DNA of 63,384 nt, the filler included, from Octopus bimaculoides (lineage: Eukaryota), in the NCBI RefSeq assembly GCF_001194135.2. It is 4 parts of 4 records of this genome, joined end to end, with 100 filler letters (N's around TTAATTAATTAA, not from the genome) between each part and the next. Parts side by side here need not be neighbours in the genome. Positions count along the whole stretch, not along the records: positions 1 to 27,838 come from NC_068987.1; 3 more parts are not named here. One strand, 5' to 3'. A model generated the notes under the pieces. The model did no database searches and had not been told where the DNA came from. It saw only the letters and a program-made list of their open reading frames with translations. The translations under genes and the position numbers were made by a program. Of the stretch, positions 10,818 to 21,225 are shown piece by piece; within the stretch, counting starts at the first letter, position 1, and every line of letters starts with the position of its first letter.

Positions 10818-11772
10818 CTGCATGCCATGAGGCACATAAGGCCACAATACAATCTCTCCAATCAGCTCTATTTTATGTTACTGTTCTGGTCTCATTCCAG
10901 CTTCTTCTCCTCTCTTTTCTTCTTTCCTTGTCTGTGTAGAAGATTGTCATGAGTGTGTTCTGTTGATCGAATCAACTAGAACCCTCGTGATCATAACTAA
11001 TGGAGTCACAGTTTGTTATCTGCTTGTGTTTGTGTGTGTGTGTGTGTGTGAGTATGTCTCTATGTATGTGTGTGTGTATAAATATGTGCATGTGTATATG
11101 TGTGCATATACAAATTGCTAATACTGTAAGCAGAACAGTAAAAATGTGTGCAAGACTTTTCAACGGTTCAACATGTAAATTAAACCAGGACAAAAAAAAA
11201 GAGAGAGAGAGAATGGGTGGTAAAGAGGGAGAGAGAGAGAGAGAATGGGTGAGAAAGAGGGAGAGAGAGAGAGAGAGAGAGAATGAGTGAGAAAGAGGGA
11301 GAGAGAGAGAGAGAGAGCTTTGTTCTTTCATTCGAAACCAGCCCCATCTTTGTAAGAACTTAAATATCAAAAGAGAAAAAACACACATACACACAAACAC
11401 AATCACAGACACACATGCACATACGTATATCTGTGTATGTATGTTTATGTATATATGTGTGTGTGCGTGCACATGCGTATGTGTGTGTTAATGTATTCAT
11501 GTTTGTTTTGTGCACCTGTGTGTAATTAATGTGCACTCATGCATGCGTGCACACAACCATTATGTGAGTATGTATATATATATTTACTGTTGTGTCTGGG
11601 GAGAGTCATTTTCTTATCGTGCCTTAAAATTTAACACACTCACCATTAAAATTTCCACTTATTTCTTATTTTTATTTTCCTAAAATTTTCGTTGCGTCTT
11701 GCAACCTTTTCAATAGTCTTGATTATTGAAACCATTGATTTATCCATGTAGCATTACGTACAACTTGCTGTT

Positions 11773-11835
<63 letters not shown>

Positions 11836-12210
11836 TGTATGTATGTATGTATGTATGTATAGTGGTAGGTACATAGAGCTTTAGAAGTATTCAAAGTATT
11901 CAAGTCTATTTTGGGAATACATACATATATGTATGGAGTAACTTTATGTTAAGGAGTGGAACATGCAATCTCCTGTTAGTCAGACTGCCCCATGGTCCTA
12001 GCAGACAAAATGGAAAAGGCGTTGCTCCGATATTTGTCTCTGAAGAGTATTGTCCTACCTCAACTACATATTTCTTTCTAGTTAACAGTTTAAATGACCT
12101 ATGCTGTAAATATTCATCATCACCATCATCATTATCATCATCATTTAACATCTGCCTTCCATACTGGCATATCGTTTAATGCTAAATTAATTTACCATCT
12201 TCTTTTTTAG

Positions 12211-12353
12211 TTTGGCCTGAATTATGTAGACTGTGTACAGATGTCCTCATGTAGGATCGAACTTGTTGAGCCAAACCTCATCAGCAATCGAAATGTGTAC
12301 CTGAACTGTGATGGGGAGTTATTAACTATAACATCAAATGTAATTGATATCAG
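12211..12353 (+). CDS. Ceramide/sphingosine-kinase-like gene, exon D (143 nt, phase 0 to 2)
   Basis: Acceptor tcttcttttttAG and donor CAG|gtgagt; encodes FGLNYVDCVQMSSCRIELVEPNLISNRNVYLNCDGELLTITSNVIDIR, containing the NCDGE motif of the DAGK/CERK/SPHK C-terminal lobe. Confidence 0.85.
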
Positions 12354-12460
12354 GTGAGTAATATGACTATTTTGAGGTGTAATGAATGGATATGAGTGTG
12401 TTCTTATTTGGTCATATGTATGTATATAATTGAGGCTTGTATATGAGTTTGTGTTAATGT

Positions 12461-12718
12461 GTGGAGGCGCGTGGTTTAGTGGTTAGGTTGTCAGCATCAT
12501 GATCGTAAGATTGTGGTTTCGATTTCTGGACCGAGTGACGCGTTGTGTTCTTGAGCAAAACACTACAGTTCACGTTGCTCCAGTCCACTCAGCTGGCAAA
12601 AATGAGTAACGCTGTGATGGACTGGCGTCCCGTCCAGTTGAGGAACACATACGCCATTGAAACTGGGAAACCGGGTCCATGAGCCTGGCTAGGCTTTAAA
12701 AGGGTGCATTTATTTATT
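12461..12718 (+). mobile_element. SINE family C, near full length
   Basis: tRNA-like head ggaggcgcgtggtttagtggttagg...ggtttcgatttctggacc, then cttgagcaaaacac...ttgctccagtccactcagctggcaaaaatgagta, ending in (TTTA)n. Confidence 0.8.
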
Positions 12719-12731
12719 ATTTTATGTGTTA

Positions 12732-12772
<41 letters not shown>

Positions 12773-12984
12773 GTTGGCTCACATCCTTACACTTTCTCAG
12801 CTCATTAGCCAACTATTTTACAGTAGGAACAGTAGACATAGAGCTATGCTTGCTTTATGCTCTTGCTTGATGGGGCTGGAGTCATCTCAGGTTAGTGGTC
12901 CCAGAGACAACATCATGCATAGAGCCAACCAGGTCCACCAGTGTTCTCCCTCATTAATGGCCCCGTGCCAGCCCCTCAGCATCC

Positions 12985-13150
12985 TCAACCTCAAGGCAGC
13001 TTTCAACACAGTTGAATATGCATCCTAGTGGAAAATTCTCAAACTCGTTAGCATGCCTCCCAAGATCTCCATCCTGCTCTGACAGCTCTATATAGCAGTG
13101 CCAAGAGCTGCATGCAGGTAAATTGTGTCATCTTCAATTGTGCCGTGAGC
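12985..13150 (+). mobile_element. Reverse-transcriptase fragment of a non-LTR element (RTE-like)
   Basis: LSILNLKAAFNTVEYAS*WKILKLVSMPPKISILL*QLYSSAKSCMQVN resembles the DLKAAFDSV..LW.IL...G.P.K...L..LY...V.VN region; two stops. Confidence 0.6.
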
Positions 13151-14175
13151 AAGTCTCTGGCATTACCGTTGTGAACTACCACCTTACTGACCTGGAGTAT
13201 ACTGATTGACCAACTCAGGGACGCCATGTACACTGTAAATGTAAATATAGAAAGTGCTCAGAATGTAGACCTAGGTGAGAAAGGAAAGGGAACAATGATG
13301 GCAGAAAGACCAGAAATGAGTAGTTCGGAGGTAATTGAGAGTGTGTAGCTATTGAAAGTACTCAATAACATTGGGTGTGTGCATTTGCTCAGGTGACTGA
13401 GGAGTAGAATTGGAGAGAGAACAATCACATCAGGACCAAAATGATTGGGAGGATAGAACAAGCAAAAGTATAATAGGAAAAAGTAAGATATGCTGGGTGG
13501 GGGAATGTTAAGAGGGGGGNNNNNNNNNNNNNNNNNNNNNNNNNNNNNNNNNNNNNNNNNNNNNNNNNNNNNNNNNNNNNNNNNNNNNNNNNNNNNNNNN
13601 NNNNNNNNNNNNNNNNNNNNNNNNNNNNNNNNNNNNNNNNNNNNNNNNNNNNNNNNNNNNNNNNNNNNNNNNNNNNNNNNNNNNNNNNNNNNNNNNNNNN
13701 NNNNNNNNNNNNNNNNNNNNNNNNNNNNNNNNNNNNNNNNNNNNNNNNNNNNNNNNNNNNNNNNNNNNNNNNNNNNNNNNNNNNNNNNNNNNNNNNNNNN
13801 NNNNNNNNNNNNNNNNNNNNNNNNNNNNNNNNNNNNNNNNNNNNNNNNNNNNNNNNNNNNNNNNNNNNNNNNNNNNNNNNNNNNNNNNNNNNNNNNNNNN
13901 NNNNNNNNNNNNNNNNNNNNNNNNNNNNNNNNNNNNNNNNNNNNNNNNNNNNNNNNNNNNNNNNNNNNNNNNNNNNNNNNNNNNNNNNNNNNNNNNNNNN
14001 NNNNNNNNNNNNNNNNNNNNNNNNNNNNNNNNNNNNNNNNNNNNNNNNNNNNNNNNNNNNNNNNNNNNNNNNNNNNNNNNNNNNNNNNNNNNNNNNNNNN
14101 NNNNNNNNNNNNNNNNNNNNNNNNNNNNNNNNNNNNNNNNNNNNNNNNNNNNNNNNNNNNNNNNNNNNNNNNNNN

Positions 14176-14210
<35 letters not shown>

Positions 14211-14231
14211 TATATATGTACATACATATAA

Positions 14232-14365
14232 GCGTTAGGAAGGGCATCCAGCTATAGAAACCATGCTAAATCAGACTGGAGTCTGGTGCAGCCTTTCAGC
14301 TTACCAGCCCTGGTCAAACTGTCCAACCAGCATGGACAACGGATGTTAAATGATGATGATGTTGA
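14232..14365 (+). mobile_element. RTE-type LINE 3' tail fragment
   Basis: gcgttaggaagggcatccagctatagaaacc...cagcatggacaacggatgttaaatgatgatgatg. Confidence 0.75.
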
Positions 14366-14394
14366 TATAGACGAGCTCCTTTATATATCTATGT

Positions 14395-14620
14395 GTGTGT
14401 CTTTGTGTCTGTGTCTGTCGTCCTGCTACTACTTGTCAACCAGTGTTGGTGTGTTCACGTCCCTCTGTAATTAAGCAGTTTGGCAAAAGATGCTGATAGA
14501 ATAAGTACCAGGCTTAAGAAAAGATATGCACTGGAGTTGATTCATTTGACTAAGAATTTTTCAAGGTGGTGCCCCAGTAAGGCCACAGTCTAATGACTGA
14601 AACAAGTAAAAGACAAAAGA
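14395..14620 (+). mobile_element. SINE family A, 3' half
   Basis: Homologous to 37860-38070; ends ...ccacagtctaatgactgaaacaagtaaaagacaaaaga. Confidence 0.8.
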
Positions 14621-14622
14621 AT

Positions 14623-15000
14623 CTTTTATCTTTTACTTGTGTCAGTCATTATACTGTGGTCATGCTGGGGCACTGCCTTGAAGGGTTTTAGTCAAATGAA
14701 TTGACCCCAGTACTTATTTTAATAAGCATGGTACTTATTCTATTGGACTCTTGCCAAACTGTTAAGTTACAGGGATATAAACAAACCAACACATTTCTTA
14801 AGTGGCGGTGGGGTCAAATGCAAACACACACACACACACACACATATACAACATGCTTTTTTCAGTTTCAATCTATCATATCCACTCCACCGAGAGCTAT
14901 ATAGTAAAAGACACTTGTTCAAGGTGCCACACAATGGGACTGAACCCAGATCCATGTGGTCAGGAAGCAAACTTCTTGCCACACAACCACGCCTGTGCTC
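14623..15000 (-). mobile_element. SINE family A, full length, tail-to-tail with the previous copy
   Basis: cttttatcttttacttgtgtcagtcatta...gggactgaacccaga...cttgccacacaaccacgcctgtgc is the reverse complement of the family A sequence. Confidence 0.85.
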
Positions 15001-15104
15001 ATGTTGAGGACTTTTTTTATTTTTTTAATTTCATTTTCTTTTGTTCAAGTTGTAATGTTTACTTGTTCCCTGGTTTTGTATTTAATAAATGCATACAAGA
15101 TATA

Positions 15105-15594
15105 TTGTTGGCACTCCGTCGCTTACGNNNNNNNNNNNNNNNNNNNNNNNNNNNNNNNNNNNNNNNNNNNNNNNNNNNNNNNNNNNNNNNNNNNNNNNNN
15201 NNNNNNNNNNNNNNNNNNNNNNNNNNNNNNNNTTACGACGTCGAGGGTTCTAGTTGATCTGATCAACAGAACAGCCTGCTCGTGAAATTAACGTGCAAGT
15301 GGCTGAGCACTCCACAGACACGTGTACCCTTAACGTAGTTCTCGGGGATATTCAGTGTGACACAGTGTGACAAGGCTGGCTCTTTGAATTACAGGCACAA
15401 CAGAAACAGGAAGAGTGAGAGAAAGTTGTGGTGGAAGAGTACAGCAGGGTTCGCCACCGTCCCCTGCCGGAGCCTCGTGGAGCTTTAGGTGTTTTCGGTC
15501 AATAAACACTCACAACACCCGGTCTGGGAATCAAAACTGCGATCCTAGGACCGCGAGTCCGCTGCCCTAACCACTGGGCCATAACACCTCCACA
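15105..15594 (-). mobile_element. SINE family B, full length (interrupted by a probably spurious N gap)
   Basis: Highly similar to 20203-20594; minus-strand head tgtggaggtgttatggcccagtggttagggcagcggactcgcgg...gattcccagaccgg. Confidence 0.85.
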
Positions 15595-15763
15595 CAAGAT
15601 ATAAAACCATTATCATTTTTACTTATTGAGGATTTGTATAGCATCAGTTTCTGTTACTTTTGTTAATTTTGCTCTTGGAATTGGTGACGTTACTGAATTT
15701 TATTTCTATTCTTACCAAGAGATATGTTACAACATCCATGTTGTTATATTCAGCACCAGCCTG

Positions 15764-15801
<38 letters not shown>

Positions 15802-15807
15802 TTGCAG

Positions 15808-15850
15808 GTTTCATTATTGTGGCTTGAGGATATTTAGCAGTCCAACTTAA
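15808..15850 (+). CDS. Ceramide/sphingosine-kinase-like gene, terminal coding exon E
   Basis: Acceptor (tta)n-ttttgcAG; completes the split codon AG|G (R), then FHYCGLRIFSSPT-TAA, comparable to CERK R|VHCQLVRLF. Confidence 0.75.
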
Positions 15851-16043
15851 AGACATTATATCAGTGGAAGAATTACATACGTGAAGACAGCACCCGTACT
15901 CTGTTTGATTTAAAATCATAGGGCACATCATACCGACTAAAATTTTATATATATGCATACATATATGTGCATGTACGTATATACGCATGTATGCTTATCT
16001 GTTTGTGTCTGTGTATGCATATATATAATACGGATGGCTTACC

Positions 16044-16390
16044 CTTTTACTCTTTTACTTGTTTCAGTCATTTTGTCTGTGGCCATGCTGGGGCACCGCC
16101 TTTAGTCGAGCAAATCAACCCCAGGATTTAATCTTTGTAAGCCTAGTACTTATTCTATCGGACTCTTTTTGCCAAACCACTAAGTTACGGGGATGTAAAT
16201 ACACCAGCACCGGTTGTCAAGCGATGTTGAGGTGACAAACACAGACACACAAACACACACTCATATATATATACATATACATATATATGACGGTCTTCTT
16301 TCAGTTTCCGTCTACCAAATCCACTCACAAGGCTTTGGTCAGCCCGAGGCTATAGTAGAAGCTACTTACCACACAGCCACTCCTGCGCCT
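16044..16390 (-). mobile_element. SINE family A with an internal deletion removing the B-box region
   Basis: Tail cttttactcttttacttgtttcagtc through gctatagtagaag, then jumps directly to acttaccacacagccactcctgcgcc. Confidence 0.85.
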
Positions 16391-16521
16391 TGTTAGTAAT
16401 TTTTCAACCAAAAGGCTAAAATATATGTCACTAAAGCAATTGAGAGTGCTATTCAACACCATTATTGCTAGAAATAAGAGTCAAAAAACAACTCATAATT
16501 ACAATAACACACCATCTTATT

Positions 16522-16552
<31 letters not shown>

Positions 16553-17630
16553 TGACTTTTAAGTTTCTATAGATTTCCTATAGAATTCAGAAACAGGTCT
16601 GCAAGTTGTGAAGTTTTGTATCTTAATACATCTTTGTTTTCATAGATGTATTTCTTTATGAAATATCATAATTTGCAGTGCAGTGTCAGGGCTGAGTTCT
16701 ATCAGAAATTTATAAACTCAAAAGTGAGTATACTGCACTGCTAACATAAGATAAGACACAACATTGACTTGTAAACCTTTTAATATACTTGGTAGTATGT
16801 TTTGGTTGCAAAACAAAACACAGTGACCTTGCCAGCTTTTAATATATATATATATATATATATATTGATAATGATAGAAAGAAAAATTAGTTAGAAGTAA
16901 TGGAGACATCACTTCTTTATTTATTTATATACAGATATAAAAAGTCTTTGAATTTTGCTAAGGAAATAAAATAAAATACTGATTGACTTCCCAAACAAAA
17001 TGTGACCCTTAGGAAAATTCAAAGGCTTTTAAATAGAAAAAGAAAGAAAAGATACCTCCAATACAGCTAATGTTTCTTTCTGTCATTATTAATATATGAT
17101 TCTGTTCATTACCATTACCCTTTATTTGTACATATACATACATTATTAATAACCTGCTGTTAGAACTCAATACATATATGCTTCAGAATAAAGTGTGAGA
17201 CAAACACAGAGTGTAATATGAAATTAATGGAATGACAAAGGAACAGGAGTTATGTACTCAACTTCATTAGCTTCTCATCATTCACATCTTTATCTGGCCT
17301 ATCCCATGACCCATACACTTCTTTCCGTGACTCTCTAAGGATTCGTCACCACACTGTCTATTCCTCTCTTCCAGTCCCCTTTCCCTTACATCTTCCGTCC
17401 ATGCTCACCGATATAATTCACTAATTTAAATTTTTCGCATACTTTTTCTAGAAAGTTATTGGCCGTCTTCCGTCCTTTTTGATAGGTCATGATTTTGTCT
17501 TGTTGGAATTCCAGCAAACTGCCTCACTTGACTAGCCTACGGTAAGTGATGGTTTAGTCACCAATGACCTGACCCTGTAACAGGTTGTACTGGATTATAT
17601 GTTACTAATAGCATTCATAAGAGACCTAAC

Positions 17631-17631
<1 letters not shown>

Positions 17632-17664
<33 letters not shown>

Positions 17665-17688
17665 CATATATATATACATATATATATA

Positions 17689-17746
<58 letters not shown>
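17632..17746. repeat. (TA)n microsatellite (one of many in the window)
   Basis: Direct inspection. Confidence 0.95.
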
Positions 17747-17750
<4 letters not shown>

Positions 17751-18649
17751 CCTACACACACTCATACAGATGTAGAGGAGTCATGAACTGTTCAACTGGC
17801 CAGCATTCAGAGATTATAAACAATGGAATGGACTCATAGACTACAAGCATGATCACATAATTGAAGACAACAGTGCTTTGGAAGCTAAAGCTAAACATTA
17901 TGAAAAATATATCATTGCACTAAGAATTAAACCTTTAAATCTTCAGCCATTCATCATTATGAAATTACAGCTCCCACTCTAAGTGGATTTTGCAAAGACA
18001 ATCAATAAATTTCAATGTCAATCATTGAATAAAATAAGTATTTGACTGATACAATTACATTGTTAATTGTATGCCACTTTATCAAGAAAAATATAGTTAC
18101 ACTAGCAAAAAAGTCAGAAACATTGTATACACTAAAGATTTAAAACTATTTTCCGCATCAAGATATTTAATCCAGATAAACTTATGGATGCATAGTATCC
18201 ATGCTGCACTCCATTTTATTATACATCAGATAATTAGCAACAGGCTTGCTAACTGACATTAATCTATGTTAATTAACTTTTAATCAATGAAACTTTCTAA
18301 TTTTTTTCGTCGCCTTATTTACTATCTTTTATACATTTCCTTTTTCATATCACCATCATTAATAATGATAACTGCTGTGAAGGGGATGCCAGCAAACGAG
18401 TGACTATACACTTGGTTTAACTGTACAGTGATGCTATCATTGACTTATGGGAATACTTTTTTTCTCTGCTATTTACACATGTCATATATATATCAATATC
18501 TTTTTCTCCCTTCTGGAAAATTGTCACACAAAATATGAGTATAATGAATGAGTATTTTGAATTAAAAAAAAATATTCACAATGGTATCTGTTTGTTGTTG
18601 TTTATTGTAAGTTAATGAAAGGAGGAGGAGCAGTAGTGGCCATGATTTT

Positions 18650-19110
18650 TTGCAGATTCTGCCAAACTAGTGATATTGGTGAGGTTGATGTTCATGTAGA
18701 GTTTCTATAGGAAAGATGTAGGAAATCCAGAAAACAGTTGTTCTGGAGTGTAAGAATTGGGTAAAATGTTTATTGTATACATATGAATAGAGATTGAAGA
18801 AATGGGTGAATCTAAATATAAAGCTAGGTAATTCAGAGGAACTTAGGAGTCATTACAGTAATGATAGCAGAGTATGTTTGTGAGATTATTAGTGAAACTT
18901 ATTCATGATTAAATGTTTTCTAACCAAACTGCTGCTTTTTGGATATATCCTAAGATGATAATGAGTATGGCAGCATCTCTGTCCCATAGATCTTAGCAAT
19001 ATTCTTATGTTGGTTTTACTGTAAGCTTTGTATAAATTTAGTGATTAGGACTGAAGTATTACCTGTCTCTAAACAGGATTCTTAGTTTTCATCATGCAGT
19101 TTTAGAAATG

Positions 19111-19156
<46 letters not shown>

Positions 19157-19380
19157 TTGCCTCAAGAGATGAGAATTTGTCAGGCCCAGCATCTGTAGAA
19201 AGAGCGATACAAGATTTTTCCTTGGTAATGTAGCAATCAAGTCTTTGTGCTGCTGAAAGAGATAAGTTTATCTTGACTCCATTGAAGCATGGTCTTAAGG
19301 TCTCTGTTCATGGATTTCAAGAGTAAAAGATTATGGGAAAGTGAAGCAGACTACATAAAAGTGTTTAAAGTGAGGTGGCA
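18650..19380 (-). mobile_element. Degenerate LINE fragment, region C-terminal to the RT core
   Basis: Minus-strand fragments MNRDLKTMLQWSQDKLISFSSTKT and IYTKLTVKPT*EYC*DLWD...YIQKAA resemble DL..I..W...L.FN..KT and Y...RP.LEY...W...IQ..A motifs; interrupted by (TA)n. Confidence 0.5.
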
Positions 19381-19502
19381 TAAACACACACACGTGTGTG
19401 TGAGCTGCTTAATGTTGAATAAATGAGAAAGGAGTGCTCCATGCACACTGCAGAGGATAAGATTTCTATTATTACTGAAGCTGAGAGTTTTAATAAAAAC
19501 TG

Positions 19503-19578
<76 letters not shown>

Positions 19579-20202
19579 CTGACTTAATGTTCAACCATTA
19601 AGTAAAAGATACTGAAATAAGAGGTGACATTACACAGAAATAGGGCAGAGTGTGGCTGATGAAATTTGACATAAAACAGTTTTTTAAAACGTTAAATATA
19701 GAAGCAATAAAACAGTTTCAACATAACTAATTCATCCATTCATTTATTTCTCCATTTACTATTCCCGAGAGGGTTGTGGTGAGGTAATCTTCAGGCACTC
19801 CCTCCTTAAGAGTCTTATCAAAAGCAACCAGCATTAATTACATTTTCTGGTTGGATTGACTGAGACTATGGCTATTATCTCACCATCACATATTCTTGCT
19901 CTAGTCCTAAGTCTCCTAATACTTTGCTCAACTTAATTTGTTTTACAATTCTTTCATGCAACATTCCAATCATATCTCAAGTGTTGTGATTGGAATAAAT
20001 TCTTTACAAATAACAAACATCTCTAGTTATTTATAAATCACTGAATGATTCTTTGTTCTTTTTGGGTTCATCACCTTAAGTGGTATCACTCTTTGCATTT
20101 CATACAGTTGAAGTAGGAATCTCTTTATCCCCATTACAAATGCATCAAGAGTTTCTTGTTTCCATCACAGCATTTTTTATTTTTTTATAAATTTCATGAT
20201 TA

Positions 20203-20594
20203 TTGTTGTTGTTGTTGGCACTCCATCACTTACGACGTCGAGGGTTCCAGTTGATCTGCTCAACAGAACAGCCTGCTTGTGAAATTAACGTGCAAGTGGC
20301 TGAGCACTCCACAGACACGTGTACCCTTAACGTAGTTCTCAGGGATATTCAGCATGACACAGTGTGACAAGGCTGACACTTTCAATTACAGGCACAACAG
20401 AAACAGGAAGTAAGAGTGAGAGAAAGTTGTGGTGAAAGAGTACAGCAGGGTTCGCCACCATCCCCTGCTGGAGCCTCGAGGAGCTTTAGGTGTTTTCGGT
20501 CAATAAACACTCACAACGCCCGGTCTGGGAATCGAAACCGTGATCCTATGACTGTGAGTCCGCTGCCCTAACCATTGGGCCATTGTGCCTCCAC
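20203..20594 (-). mobile_element. SINE family B, full length, with (CAA)n tail
   Basis: tRNA-like head at 20520-20594, body matching 15233-15594, tail ttgttgttgttgttggcactcc on the + strand. Confidence 0.88.
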
Positions 20595-21225
20595 TTCATG
20601 ATTATAGTACTTAGATATATTTAGACCTGCAGAAATCCTACTTAATTCAAAATTTGCATCTTGAGACTCAAAAAACTCAATTGCTTTTTTGAGTATGTGA
20701 AAAGGCGTCTTTGATCTTTTAAGAATGAAGGAATAAGCAGGAGCTTCCATTGTGGAAAATCTTCAAATTTTAAAAGTTGTTTGAATTAATTCAAAAGTTT
20801 TAAGAAAGAGTAGCAGAAAGACTGAAAACAGTGAGCATGCTCATCAACATGCAAATTAAATGAACAAACAAACACTCAGATGCACTGTGATAATTAAATT
20901 TTTATTTTTACAATTTAAGAAAAGCACCATTAAAACAGATATTGTTAAGAAAAGTATTACTATATCTCTATATTTGTTACCAAGTGACATTTAAAATTTA
21001 TCGAAAACAGTCCCAATTTAAATTACCTTTGTCACATATACTTTATATAAAATATACTTGAGAAATGTTCCTACATTTTTTATGAAGAAAATAAAAGCTT
21101 TTATAAAAAAATTATTCATCTATAAAAATCAAACTGGTAAAGACAGCTCAGAATTCGGAGTTTCATATTGAAGATGACAACAGATCAGGGCAAAGTGAAG
21201 ATACGTTGTGCTGTGTAGACCTTCT

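Noticed and set aside
12461-12535. tRNA gene (also the heads at 15520-15594, 20520-20594 and 37681-37750)
   Set aside because: A/B boxes are present, but there is no full cloverleaf and each continues into a SINE body
13258-14257. Long ORFs spanning N gaps (also 46708-47502, 51561-52628, 53100-54017, 58884-59645)
   Set aside because: Length comes from X residues in assembly gaps
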